A DNA stretch of 64,000 nucleotides from assembly GCA_963514005.1 (NCBI GenBank), contig OY740807.1, positions 1,488,001 to 1,552,000 on the forward strand, read 5' to 3'. Position 1 is the first letter of the stretch. Every line of letters starts with the position of its first letter. The notes below the pieces were generated by a model, which was given only the letters and a program-made list of their open reading frames with translations, ran no database searches and was not told the DNA's origin. This document shows, one piece after another, positions 22,934-36,416 of this stretch. Source of the stretch: Raja brachyura. Its lineage: Eukaryota. The position numbers were made by a program, and so were the translations under genes.

Positions 22934-25900
22934 TATTTATTGAGAGTTAAGGAGAATTCATTTGGGATGATCTGGGAAAAATGGACCGTTTATTTAAGCC
23001 ATGACACCAACTAGATAAATGCCGAGCTAGATATGGGAAGATTGTGTTATATAGAACTAGATGGTATGCTTGTGCGAATATTGAAATATCTCCAGTAAAC
23101 TAATCAATTTAACTTTTATTTTATTTGGTAAGTGTATCACATGGCCTTATTCCATTTTTTTATTCATTTACTTTGTGTTGTGTGGGTTTTCCCTATTTAT
23201 TTATTTATTTATTTATTTATTTTGATTGTTGCTCTTCTTATTTTATTTTATTGATGGTGATGATGTTGCACTGTTTTGTATATATCTCTGTGAAAAATCA
23301 ATAAAAACTTAAGTGAAATAAAAAGTGTGCCCTCCGGTCAGCGTTCACAGTATAGTGTCGATCTTACAGACACCTCCTCTCGTAACAGCTGTTCCCAGCC
23401 CCCCCCCCCCCCCCCCCCACCGCCTGGTAGCAAAAAGGGTCTGCTGCTCGATGTCCTAATTACAACTAATTTCATGTTCTGTATTACTTACGGTAAAACC
23501 TGTAATTGCTGCATGAAATCAGACCACTTTGCAAGATGTTGCCATTCCTGTGCAACTCAATCCACCCCAAGAACGATCTTGCACCTGTTACAACATGAGC
23601 TTGCTGATAACGAAAACCAAGAGCCTGACTTGCCATCCCCTGCTCAGCTCTCTGAAAATACAGATAACAGTTCAGCCATCCACTCTCTCTTCCCTTCCTC
23701 CAATGAGCAACTTGACCCTGAGGTAACCATGTTTGTGAATAACAGACCTGTGATCACCATGGTTGATATTGGCACCAAATGCAATCTCATCTCCTTATCA
23801 GAATTTAAAAAAATTATTAATGCTGAACCTATTGAAAAGGCCTCGGCCTTGCTTTGGGTCTATGGGGGAGATGTTCTACACCCGCTTGGCTAAACTAATT
23901 TAAAATGCACACACAGCCCCATACCCTAAAGTTTTATATCATCAAGGGGGATTCAGAGACTTTGCTCGGTATCAATGCATGCCACGATCTAGGCCTGGTA
24001 TACCTTGGCCGCGCTGTCCATCAACTCATTCTCGCTGAGGGGCCCACTCAGCAAGTACTCTCTCAATACGAAGAACTGTTTAACAACGAGCTTGGCAAGT
24101 TGCCCCTCGAGTACCACATTGTCTTTGATCCCAACATCACTCCTGTGGTCCGAGCACCACGTAGTGTTCCACATGCCATGCGTGACAGAGTTCACAATGA
24201 ACTCAAGCGGATGGTCTCCAGGAGTGTTACTGCTGAAGTTACTGGCCCATCCAACTGGGTTTCCACCATGGTGGTCACAATGAAAGAAACAAGGAGAAGA
24301 TCCATATCTGCATAAACCCCAGAGATCTCAACTCTGCTATCAAACACCCGCAATACCCTATGCGGACAGTAGAGCTGTTTTGCTGCTCAAATAGGCAATG
24401 CTTCAGCGTTCACCATTCTAGATGCCAAAAGCTCATTTTGAAAGATTCCACAGGACCCAGACTTGTCCAATCTTATTACGTTAGGCACCCCCTTCAGCCG
24501 CTACAAATTCCTGAGAATGCACTTTTGCATCAACTCTGCCAACGAAGTTTTCCAGCGCACAATGGAACAATTGTTTGCTGAGTATCCATGTCCCATCATT
24601 GTTGATGACATTCTCATCCACGGACGTGACCTGGCTGAACATGATGCTAATCTGAAGACCATGCTAAAGACATTCAGCTCAAACTCAATCCCCTGAAGTG
24701 CAAGTTTTGAGTCCCGGAAGTTACCTACGTCGGACATGTTTTCACAAGTGATGGTCTCAGACCAGCTCATTAAAGACTGCAGTTATCAATGAGATGCCGG
24801 TCCCTACTGATGTTGCGAGTCTACAAAGGTTCCTTGGATTAGTCAACTACCTGGGGAAATTTATTCTCAAACTCAGCGACACATCTGCCCCCTGCGGGAA
24901 CAGACACATAAAGATGCTGCATGGTCCTGGTATCCGCAGCACCAAAGAGCTTTCGACTCTCTCAAGTTGCAGCTGCCTCGCCCACCTACTCTCACCTACT
25001 TTGCTTTGTAGTCACCAGTAATGCTCACCTGCGATGTGTCCCAGTACGGAGTTGGCGCTGCTTGCCAGCAGGGCACTACCCATGGCGACTGCAAGCCTGT
25101 TTCTTACGCCTCTCGCACACTGACACTGAACAACGTTACTCCCAGATTGAAAAAGAATTGATCACAGTGGTTTTCGCCTGCACAATATTCAAGGACCTTA
25201 TTTTTGGGAAGTCTGTGTCTATAGAAACTGACCACCAGCCGCTGGTCACTATTTTGAATAAACTCATTCGCACTACCCCAGCCCGATTACAACGGATGAA
25301 GATGCAGCTGCAGCAGCTTGCTTTCAACATTGTCCATAAGAAAGGCAAGGACATGTACATAGCTGACATGTTATCAAGGGCCCCATGCAAAACCAACGAA
25401 CAACAACTCTCTGAACACGACCAGTTCGCTGTAATGAAGGTATCGTATGTTCCTACTGATTGCTTAATTAGCCTGGCAGAGCACACAGCTGCTGGCGAGA
25501 CTTTACAGTTGCTGTCCGCAGTCTGGCCGGATAAACAACACAACACCCCGCTTGCAATCTGCCCATACTTCCTGGTTCGTGACGAACTGGTGTTACAGGA
25601 CGGGATTATAGTTAAGGGCCACAAACCAGTCATCCCAGCTGTCCTCCAGGACAATTACTTCCATGCCATCCACAGCCCCCCCCCCCCCCGGCATGGAGGC
25701 AACCCTACAACAGGCACAAAGCATGTTTTACTGGACTGGAATGACCAAGTACATATGCGACAAAACTGAAGACTGCGCCGTCTGCAAAAGACTGACGCCA
25801 CATTAGCAGATGCAGCCCTTACTGCTGCAGCCGGTTCCTTCTCTCCCGTGGTCCACGTTAGCCACCGATCTATTCGAATGGCATGGGAAAACCTATCTGG

Positions 25901-26479
25901 CTCTTGTTGGCTCATATGTCGACATCGATCTACTCCAAACCATTACATCTGAAGCAGTTATCGAGAAGTTGCAGTGCCATTTCTCCATGAGCGGCTCCTC
26001 TGCACGTCTTCTGTCCGACAACAGCAGTCAGTTCACCAGCCAGTCTTTCAGGAACTTTGCTAAACCGATGGGACTTCCGACATATTACCAGCAGCCCTGA
26101 GTTCCCGCAGTCCAACGAACTCGCCGAACGAGCCGTGCAAAGCGCAAACAACTAATGGAACGTTCATACGTTGCAAAATCGGACATCTACCTGGACCTGC
26201 TCAACTTAAGGAACATTGCAAGGGATCCCAGACTGGGTTCCCCAGCCCAGCAACTGATGTCTCACCAAACCAGTGCTGCCCTGCCTGTGTCCCAGCAGCT
26301 TTTGCAACCACATGTTCGTTCTCCGCCTGCAGTCCAGAAACATCTATAAATTCAAACACGGTACAAAGAAATGTTTTTTTGACAAATCCAGTAAGCCATT
26401 TATACCTCTCACCAGTGGTTCGCCTCCAGACCAACAAGGGCTATGGCCGTCTGGGTCACATCTATGACCCTGCCAAAGA

Positions 26480-27975
26480 TTCAGATTCAGATTCAGATTC
26501 AATTTTAATTGTCATTGTCAGTGTACAGTACAGAGACAACGAAATGCATTTAGCATCTCCCTGGAAGAGCGACACAGCAAATGATTTGAATAAATAATAA
26601 GTGTCCGGGGGGGGGGTGATTGGCAGTCACCGAGGTACGTTGTTGAGTAGCGTGACAGATGCCGGAAAGAAGCTGTTCCTGGACCAGCTGGTTCGGCAAC
26701 GGAGAGACCTGTAGCGCCTCCCGGATGGTAGGAGGGTAAACAGTCCATGGTTGGGGTGAGAGAGGTCCTTGGCGATGCTGAGCGCCCTCCGCAGACAACG
26801 CTTGCTTTGGACAGACTCAATGGAGGGGAGCGAGGAACCGGTGATGCGTTGGGCAATTTTCACCACCCTCTGCAATGCCTTCCGGTCGGAGACAGAGCAG
26901 TTGCCATACCAAACTGTGATGCAGTTGGTAAGGATGCTCTCGATGGTGCAGCGGTAGAAGTTCACCAGGATCTGAGGAGACAGATGGACCTTCTTCAGTC
27001 TCCTCAGGAAGAAGAGACGTTGGTGAGCCTTCTTGATCAGAGTTGAGGTATTGTGGGTCCAAGAGAGGTCGTCGGAGAGGTTGACTCCCAGGAACCTGAA
27101 GCTAGAAACACGTTCCACCTCCATACCGTTAATGTGGATGGGGGTGTGCAGTCATAGGTGAAGAGGGAGTAGAGGAGGGGGCTCAGCACACAGCCCTGTG
27201 GAACGCCAGTGTTCAGGGTGAGGGTTGAAGAGGTGTGCTTGTCTAACCTAACAGACTGGGGTCTGTTGGTTAGAAAGTCCAGTATCCAGTTGCAGAGGGA
27301 AGGAGCGATGCACAGGTTACCGAGTTTGGCGATCAATTTTGATGGTATAATGGTGTTGAATGCTGAGCTGTAATCGATGAACAGCATTCTTACGTAAGTG
27401 TCTCTGTTGTCGAGGTGGGAGAGGGCGGTGTGAAGTGCCGTTGAGATGGCATCCTCCGTACTCCTGTTCTTGCGGTAGGCAAACTGATAGGGATCCAGTG
27501 TGGGGGGTAGGCAGCTTTTGAGGTGTGCCAGGACCAGCCTCTCGAAGCACTTGGTGATGATGGGGGTAAGTGCAACTGGGCGGAAGTCGTTGAGGCTTGC
27601 CGCAGTGGAGTGTTTTGGCACTGGCACAATGGAGGTGGAGGGGACAACTGCCTGGGCAAGTGACAGGTTGAAGATATCAGTCCAGACGTCTGCCAGCTGC
27701 GCCGCACAGACCCTGAGCACGCGCCCGGGGATGCTGTCAGGGCCAGCAGCTTTACGTGCATTAGTCCTACTCAGTGCCACGTATACGTCGTAGGGGGTGA
27801 GTGTGAGGGGTTGGTGATTGGCAGGTAGCACAGCCTTGATGGCTGTCTCTAGATTGTCCCTGTCGAAGCGGCCATAGAAGTGATTGAGCTCCTCAAGGAA
27901 GGAGGCGTCGCTGGATGTTGGGGTGGTGTTGGCGGGTCTGTAGTCCGTGATGGCCTGGATGCCTTGCCACATTCC
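26480..27975 (-). mobile_element. 5'-truncated Rex1/Babar-like LINE with (TGAATC)n tail
   Basis: Motifs [51 protein letters not shown]. The RT core is internally deleted. Short TSD ~CAAAGA. Splits the Gypsy integrase at DPAK|EPRSY. Confidence 0.88.
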
Positions 27976-28611
27976 ACAAAGAACCGCGCTCTTATCTGGC
28001 TAAAGAGGATGGAGCCATTTACAGCCGCAACCGTCAACATCTCCTTCCAGTGAAGGAACTGCGTCCTGCGACTCCATACCCAGATGTTTCGCATTTTGTA
28101 TATCCCCCCACTTCCGGTCCTGCTGCTCCACTATCAGGGACCGTTTCCACCGCAGCCACCCCATGGCGTTCGCCGCCTAGCTCACCTAACTCACCACCTC
28201 CCCGTCCCATCGGGTGCTCGGTCTCATCCCCGCTATCTTCTCCGGTGAAAGGAGGTGAAGCACATTTCTATGGCACACGTGCCAGACAGGTTAGCAGGCA
28301 ACCCATTAGATACGGTGATTTTGTGTAACTATATAAACTTCCCCATATGCGTTATTAACATTCCACCACCTATATTCTTCAGCCACCATGTTCCTATGTA
28401 CCGATTCTTTCTTTTGTTTCTACAAGGAAAGATGTAGATTGGTTATTTCCTACTAGCCAATTGTAATGCTTGTTAGTAGTTGCTCCGCCTAATATGCATT
28501 TTATATTACCAAGAGCTTGCCTACGACATTCAGTATGAGTAGCTGCTAGGAAATGTAATGTCCTACAGACCGATGCTGTAAGTAGAATTAATAAACATGC
28601 GTTGTATCCTG

Positions 28612-29010
28612 AGGTAGACAGAAATGCTGGAGAAACTCAACGGGTGAGGCAGCATCTATGGAGCGAAGGGAATAGGCAACGTTTTGGGTTGAAACCCTTC
28701 TTCAGACTGGTGAGGGTGGGGGGGGGGGGGGGGCGGGAAGAAGAAAGGAAAAGGAGGAGCCAGTGGGGTGAGGGAGAGTTGAGAAGGGGAGGACAAAGTA
28801 GTGACTCTCCGAAATAACATAAATCAATATTCATACCGCTGGGCTGCAAACTGCCCAAGCGAAATATGAGGTTATGCTCCTCCAATTTACGGTGGTCCTC
28901 ACTCTGGCCATGGTGGAGGCCCAGGACAGAAAGGTCGGATTCAGAATGGGAGGGGGAGTTGAAGTGCTGAGCCACTGGGAGTTCAGGTTGGTTATTGCTA
29001 ACCATATCCT
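28612..29010 (-). mobile_element. Penelope-like element 3' fragment (GIY-YIG tail plus pLTR)
   Basis: Translates NNQPELPVAQHFNSPSHS...IFRLGSLQPSGMN, homologous to 52522-52720. Confidence 0.85.
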
Positions 29011-29430
29011 GACATGTGTTTGATTTGACTCATTACACCATGCCCCTCCCCAGGCTGCAGGATGCTCACTCCACAGATCCCTGACCGCCACCGCCTGAAG
29101 CCGTCCCTCTACCCCGGCTGCAGAATACAACAAGAGATGCAACAAGAAAGAATGGACTGATAAAATCTCATCTTTAATGTTTAAATTGTTGGTATATTTT
29201 TATAGTTATTCACATTTTAAGCTTAAAGGGCCTGTCCGACTTGAAGACATTTTCGGCGACAGCCTAAAAATAGGTTGTCGCGGCGTGGTCAGGGCATAAT
29301 GCGGCGAGATGCGGGGTGACGCATGTACTGACGTGCAGTATCTCCCTGTCGCCCTTGGATTTTGGAATGTTCAAAATCTTCAGATGACATCTGGGTGTCT
29401 TATTATTTGTGCACCCAGGTCTCGCTGTAC

Positions 29431-30024
29431 CTAACCCCATTGAGATAATAATCTGCCCCCTATATTATACTGCATCTGCCACGCATCTGCCCACTCACTC
29501 AACCTGTCCAGGTCACCCTGCAACCTCCTAACATCCTCTACACAGTTCACACTGCCACCCAGCTTTGTGTCATCCGCAAACTTGTTAGTGTTGCTCCTAA
29601 TTCCCTCTTCCAAATCATTAATATATATGATAAACAGTTGCGACCCCAACACCGAGCCTTGTGGCACTCCACTCGCCACTGCCTGCCCTTCTGAAAATGA
29701 CCCGTTCATTCCTACTCTTTGCTTCCTGTCTGCCAACCAATTTTCTTTCCACGTCAATTCCCTACCCCCAATGCCATGCGCTCTAATTTTAGTCACCAGT
29801 CTCCCATGCGAGACCTTATGAAAGGCTTTCTGAAAGTCTAGAAACACTGAATCCACTAGCTCCCCTTCATCCATTTTACTTGTACCATCCTCAAAAAATT
29901 CCAGAAGATTACTCAAGCATGATTTTCCTTTCATAAATCCATGCTGACTTGGACTAATTCCTTTACTGCTATCCAAATGCCCCGTTATTACCTCTTTAAT
30001 AATTGACTCCAACATCTTTCCCAC
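29431..30024 (-). mobile_element. CR1 LINE RT fragment
   Basis: Motifs SQHGFMKGKSC, SGVPQGSVLG, FADDTKL. Confidence 0.9.
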
Positions 30025-30029
30025 CTGTA

Positions 30030-31430
30030 CTGTACTGTATCAGTCATGGTGCGGGAGGCATATGCAATCGGTCTGTGGCCTTTACCATCATAATGGGTGG
30101 CATCACAAGTTAAGTGACAGGTAGCTTGACATCGAAGTAAGCGAGTGTTGGAGCAGAGGAGATCTGTTGCTTGAGAGTGCCAAACGCCCGTGCCAGGACC
30201 AGTCTGTATCTTTGTGAGTCAGTTGCCTTAGTGGGACCTAGAGTTCACTGAAGTTTGGGATGAACTGTCCCAAATAGTTTACTGTAGATTAACCATTATT
30301 AATCCATGCCATTACACATATTTGCATGCCATCCATTACATGGTATTACGGTACTACACTGTACGACACCAACAATGTCAGCCAGTTCTCAGAAGCCACG
30401 CCGAGCTGGGTACGAATGGCTGGCAGTTTAAATGTTCTGGATTATTATGGAATAAGGACACATCTTTCACTATGTGTGTTGTCGTGAATCATTCACAAAC
30501 ATTCAGAATATTTGAGCTCCATCTCCAACACTTTTGCTGAATTTATTTTATTTATTTTTTTTACTATGGACCGTAAAAAACCAGGTCCATAAAGATGATC
30601 CTCTGATATTCGACAGTGAACCTGCCAAATGTTGGCGTATCTTCGAGGAGGAATTCGGAATTTTCATTGATGCTGCCCCCACACCGTTGCATCGATTCTC
30701 CTGAACGTAGCGGGCACAGAGGCTGCCTGCAGGCACAGGATTTCTATTATTCCCCAGAACATAGCGACGTGGTAACACAGCTTGTGACCCCGGCAGAGTC
30801 TATCAGAGACCCCACCTGCCTCCTGCGAAGGTTCCGTGACCTGTGCCAACTTCACACTAACGTTATCATGGAACACCACAAATTATTTTCCCGTAGTCAA
30901 CATGAGGGTAAAACGGTTGAATCCCACATCGGTGCCCTGAAGAGTATTGTTGCAAGATGCCACTTCCAGGACGTACTTCTCTGCGGCATCCTGAATGCCA
31001 AGGTGAGAAATGAACTACTCTGGGATGAGGAGCTCACACTAGGTAAGGTTGAACGTGCCTGCCAGGTTGCAGAGTACACTGACACCCATACCAAATCCCT
31101 GAGATTGGAACCCCACTCTGCCTACGATGTTCATGCCTTCTATAGGTCCCCGCGACAACCATTAACAACCCCTCGACGCCCAAGGGAGGGTAACCGACAC
31201 AGTGGTCCATAACTGTGGTAATTGCGGTGGCTCACACAGGAAAACTCGTGAGCAATCGCTTATGGCAAAACCTGCCACCACTGTAAAAAGAAATCCACTT
31301 TATCCAGTATTGCTGCATTCGTGGTAACAGGGCCCAGCCACAACAATCTCTCTATGCGCTCGAGCCCACACTTACCCATGAGGTACTGACTGAAATAGCA
31401 GCTGCAGCAGAACCCAACTGCAGCACCTGC
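30030..31430 (+). mobile_element. Second decayed Gypsy element: probable LTR plus gag remnant
   Basis: PLIFDSEPAKCWRIFEEEF and FSRSQHEGKTVESHI...ELTLGKVERACQ resemble the gag at 8869. Zinc-knuckle remnant near 31270. The LTR boundary is uncertain. Confidence 0.65.
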
Positions 31431-31452
31431 AAGAAGACAACCAAAACAGGTG

Positions 31453-31725
31453 GTCAGTCAGTCAATCAGTCGGTTGATCAGAGAGAAGTCAATCAGTCAG
31501 TCTGTCACTGGGTCGGTCAGTCAGAAGTCAGTCGATCAGTCGACGTCTGTTGGTTGGGCTACTGGTGGTGCTGTGAAGGGTCGATCGGGCTATCGGTAGG
31601 CAGGTGAGTGCTGTGAAGGGTCGGGTGTGCTGTCCGTGAGCCGGTGGATGCTGTGAAGGGTCAATCGGGCTATCGGGCTGCCGGGCCGCAGGTGGGTGTT
31701 GCGAGGGGTCACTCAGGCTGTCGGA
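31453..31725. repeat. (CAGT)n-like tract followed by GCTGTGAAGGGTCG tandem units
   Basis: Direct reading of the sequence. Confidence 0.7.
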
Positions 31726-32954
31726 TGGCCGGTGTTGCAACGAATGAGCGGGCCGACTGACGGAGCCGGCGCTATGGGGGTGCTCCCCACCATCGTCAAC
31801 ACGATGATCCAGAAAGGCATGCTGGCCCAGGCGGACGCGCTGAGCGGCCACAATTATGGATCCCACTTACGGAGCCCAAAACAGCTCCAGCTCCAGCCTT
31901 GGACAGCTCTGGAAGGGGGGCGAGTTAGGGTTAGGGTTAGGCATTTTCCCGTCAGTGGAAGATGCCTTCGTCTTCCCCCAGCCTGGCTCTTCCCCGTCCC
32001 ACTATGGCTGTGACCCCCACTCTGCACACTGGCAGTCAGTGGGGTTCAGTAAACGGGGGAACCCACAGGAACTGCCCTCATCCATTAATTAGGCGGGTTC
32101 AGGAGCCGGACCTCTGCGGCAGTCTCACGCAACATACACACTCACAATTATATTCGTTATATTATATTTATATAATATAATTATATATAATTACACTCAT
32201 ATTCACAAGTATATATATGGTTTAAACAAACAGCAGCACAGAATTAGGCTCCCCATGGAGTAATATTGGCGTTGGACACTAGATGGCGCCTACTTTTTCG
32301 ATATTATATTCGAATTGGCTTAATTAATTAATGTGCAACTTTTGGCACTGACGAGTTATGACTTCCTTCTCAATTATGTTATATCTAAATCTGTGCAAAA
32401 TTTCAAGTAGTTCCCAGACATGGGTGATGAAAGTTAAATTCTAGACACATTTTCGATGCTCAGCCTACAGCTTACAACCAAATGTGACTAGCCCGGTATG
32501 CCAACTTGGACGGAGGGGTAAGGAGACCTGAAGGGCCTGTTTCTGTGATGTGCTGCTCTGTAATTTAATGACTGGTCTCAATGAAAAACGCTGTTTATCC
32601 GGTTGGAATTTCTTACTTCACGACACAAGCCTTTGCACCCTCACCATCTCCATATTTTTATTTACACTTCTCTAACCATTCATCGAGACTTACGGCACAT
32701 ACTATATCGGTATGCAGCATTAAACTCGGCATCCTGTCTTTCCTTATTCTTTACACCCAATCTCCAGCTCCCACCTTCTCCTCAGTCATCAACCCCAATG
32801 AAATGGTTTCACCCAAACCCTCAGACACCCATTTCACCTCATGATCTTTTGTGTGGTCATTCATTGAATTATTTGTGAGAGCCTGTGGTTGTAACTCACA
32901 TCGTGCGTCTAATTAATGAACCGATCAATCAATGCTCATGTATTAACAAAATAA

Positions 32955-33785
32955 AGCCCTGTCTTTAATAGAGGGTGGAGGTAAAGTGACAAGTGTAGCA
33001 TTTCCTGCGGTTGCAAGGGAAAGTGCCAGGAGAGGGGGTGGATTGGGTGGGAAGGGATGAATTGAGCAGGGAGTTACAGAGGGTGCGGTCTCTGTGGAAA
33101 GCAGACAGGGGAGGAAATGGGAAGATGTGGCCAGTGGTGGGATCCCGTTGGAGGTGGCGAAAATAGCGGAGAATTATTTGTTGTGACGGATGGTAGGGTG
33201 GAAGGTGAAGACAAGGGGGACTCTGCCCTTGTTATGAGTGGGGGATTGGGGAATGAGAGCAGAGTTACGGGGATATAGAAGAGACCCTGGTGAGAGCCTC
33301 GTCTACAGTAGAAGAGGGGAACCCCCGTTCCCTGATGAATTAGGACATCTCCAATGCCCTGGAGTGGAACACCTCATCCTGGGTGCAGATGCGGAATAGA
33401 CGGAGGAATTGGGAGTAGAGGATGGAGTCCTCACAGGAAGCAGGGTGGGAAGAAGTGTAGTCAAGACAGTCATGGGACTCAGTGGGTTTATAGTAGATGT
33501 CGGTCAGTAAGTAGATGTACTGGCCGACACCCACTGACACCTATGGCTATCTAGACTAAATTTCTCCAATTTCAGGTAGTCCCTGCTTTCTCCTCTCATT
33601 CTCAGCTCTCTCTCAGCCGACTGTCTCTGCCTCTTCCTTTCTTCTTCCCGCCCCCCCTCACATCAATCTCAAGAAGGAACTCGACCCGAAACGTTGCCTA
33701 TTTCCTTCGCTCCATAGATGCTGCCTCACCCGCTGGGATTCTCCAGCATGATTTTCCAGCATCTGCAGTTCATTCTTAAACATTC
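32955..33785 (-). mobile_element. Penelope-like fragment with inverted pLTR segment
   Basis: Translates TDIYYKPTESHDCLDYTSSHPASC...YSQFLRL on the minus strand. 33550-33785 is pLTR sequence in the plus orientation. Confidence 0.8.
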
Positions 33786-34367
33786 ACAACCCGGTGATCA
33801 GCTCTTGTGTACTTTAGTGTTCACCCATTAGGTCCTCGGTAACGAATGCTTCCCCAGAGATAGCGTCACACTTACTGAGTTCTGAGAACTTCGTGCATTT
33901 ATAGCGGCAACTGCAAACAAGCAACTGCAGATGCTGGTTTACCATGGAAAGGCATTGGTAATGGGTCGGATAGCATCCATGGAGAACATGGACAGGTGAC
34001 ATTTAGGTTCGGAGCTAAATCTGAAGAAGGGTCTCTAACCGAGTTTTCACCTACCCACGTGCTCCATGGATGCTGCCTGAGCAGCGATGTTACTCCGGCA
34101 TTGCGTGTCTTTCCTTACAATTAAAGATCACGGCTGGGAGCTCATTGGCGAAATCGGTAGGAGGTTGAGAGGCGAACCATGATCACGTTGAATGGTCCAA
34201 TGAGCGCACGGATCCGAAGGATCGACTTTGGCTTCTTATGTCATTATGTTTCCCTCCCTCCGACATGTTGAATATCGTAGCGTCGGTAGCCTCGGAATCG
34301 AACAACTTGCCCGTGGTGCATCGGATTACAAACGGCACGGACAATATTTGACGGATGGATCAGAGCG

Positions 34368-36416
34368 GATCAAGAACAGTCAACATGGATTTGTGCCTCG
34401 AAGGTCATGTTTGACAAACCTTCTTGAATTTTTTGAAGCGGTTACTGGGGAAATTGATGATGATAAAGCAGAGGATGTTGTCTATATGGATTTCAGTAAG
34501 GCCTTTGACAAGGTTCCCCATGGAAGGTTGGTTAAGAAGGTTCAATCTTTGGGTGTTAATAGCGGAGTAGCAAGATGGATTCAACAGTGGCTGAATGGGA
34601 GATGCCAGAGAGTAATGGTAGATGGCTGTTTGTCAGGTTGGAAGCCGGTGACCAGTGGGGTGCCTCAGGGATCTGTGTTGGGTCCACTGTTGTTTGTCAT
34701 AGAAACATAGAAAATAGGTGCAGGAGTAGGCCATTCGGCCCTTCGAGCCTGCACCGCCATTCAATGTGATCATGGCTGATCATCCAACTCAGTATCCCGT
34801 ACCTGCCTTCTCTCCATACCCCCTGATCCTTTTAGCCACAAGTGCCACATCTAACGCCCTCTTAAATATAGCCAATGAACTGGCCTCAACTACCTTCTGT
34901 AGCAGAGAATTCCAGAGACTCACCACTCTCTGTGTAAAGAATGTTTTCCTCATCTCGGTCCTAAAGGAATTCCCCCTTATCCTTAGACTGTGACCCCTTG
35001 TTCTGGACTCCCCCAACATCGGGAACAATCTTCCTGCATCTAGCTTGTCCAACCTCTTAAGGATTTTGTAAGTTTCTATAAGATCCCCCCTCAATCTTCT
35101 AAATTCCAGCGAGTACAAGCCGAGTCTATCCAGTCTTTCCTCATATGAAAGTCCAGACATCCCAGGAATCAGTCTGGTGAATCTTCTCTGCACCCCCTTT
35201 ATGGCAAGAATGTCTTTCCTCAGATTTGGAGACCAAAACTGTACGCAATACTCCAGGCGTGGCCTCACCAAAACCCTGTACAACTGCAGTAGAACCTCCC
35301 TGCTCCTATACTCAAATCATTTCGCTATGAATGCTATGAATGGAGGGGTATGGTCTGTGCAGGTAGATGGGACTAGCGGAAAATACCTTTTGCTTTCTTC
35401 ACTGCCTGCTGCACCTGCATGCCTACTTTCAAAGACTGGTGTCATGTACATCAATGATCTAGATGATGGGGTGGACAATTGGATAAGTAAGTATGCAGAT
35501 GATACTAAGATAGGTGGTGCTGTGGATAATGAAGTAGATTTTCAAAGTCGACAGAGAGATGTGGGTCATTTGGAAGAGTGGGCTGAAAGATGGCAGATGG
35601 AGTTTAATGCTGATAAGTGTGAGGTGCTACATCTTGGCAGGACAAATCAAAATAGGACGTACATGGTAGGGAATTGTGGAATGCTGTGGAACAGAGGGAT
35701 CTAGAAATAACTGTGCATAGTTCCCTGAAGGTGGAATCGCATTTAGATAGGGTGGTAAAGAAAGCTTTTGGTGTGCTGGCCTTTATAAATCAGAGCATTG
35801 AATATCGGAGTAGGGAAGTAATGTTAAAATTGTACAAGGCATTGGTGAGACCAATTCTGGAGTATGGTGTACAATTTTGGTCGCCTAATTATAGCAAGGA
35901 TGTCAACAACATAGAGAGAGTACAGAGGATATTTACTAGAATGTTGCCTGGGTTCCAGTAAGTAAGTTACAGAGAAAGGTTGAACAAGTTAGATCTTTAT
36001 TCTTTGGAGCGCAGAAGGTTAAGGGGGGGACTTGATTAAGGTCTTTAAAATGGTGAAAGGGGTAGACAAAGTTGACGTGGATAAGCTTTTCCCATTGAGG
36101 GTAGGGAAGATTCAAACAAGAGGGCATGACATGAGAATTAAGGGACAGAAGTTTAGGGGTAACATGAGGGGGAACGTCTTTACTCAGAGAGTGGTAGCTG
36201 TGTGGAATGATCTTCCAGCAGAAGTGGTGGAGACAGGATCGATTTTAACATTTAAAAGGTATATGGACGGGAAGGGAATGGATATATGGATAGGTATATG
36301 GATGGGAAGGGAATGGAGGGGTATGGTCTGTGCAGGTAGATGGGACTAGCGGAAAATAAATGGTCGGCACGGACTAGAAGGGCCGAGAAGGCCTGTTTCG
36401 GTGCTGCAATTGTTAT
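34368..36416 (+). mobile_element. CR1 LINE (family A), interrupted by an antisense CR1 (family B)
   Basis: RT motifs continue across the insert (LLFV|MYINDL). TGTCAT is duplicated at both junctions. Confidence 0.88.
34701..35438 (-). mobile_element. CR1 LINE 3' fragment (family B)
   Basis: Near-identical to the reverse complement of 60660-61360. Confidence 0.9.

Larger units (their letters stand above)
20566..23323 (+). mobile_element. 5'-truncated L1-clade LINE 3' part, interrupted by Tc1
   Basis: Motifs FLRYLQLRDY and CWWLCG...YIFWNC. MEKLTY|LLRVKENSFGMIWEKW is rejoined across the Tc1. AT-rich 3' UTR ends in AATAAA and an A-rich tail. Confidence 0.8.
8869..28612 (+). mobile_element. Decayed Gypsy/Ty3 LTR retrotransposon split by ~15.5 kb of nested insertions
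   Basis: gag start MANSSRRPSPLIFDSDIAERW (8869-9300). Zinc knuckle CNCCMKSDHFARCC (~23500), protease MVDIG, RT IVDDILIHG, RNase H (CDVS; YSQIEKEL; ETDHQPL), integrase (PWSTLATDLFEW; SDNSSQF; EPRSY), in Gypsy order PR-RT-RH-IN. A purine tract is followed by a TG-starting 3' LTR at 28433 that contains AATAAA. Confidence 0.85.

Noticed and set aside
29226-29430. Possible Harbinger-type MITE end (AAGGGCCTGTCC..CTT)
   Set aside because: No matching second TIR or TSD found, so it is not supportable as a feature.
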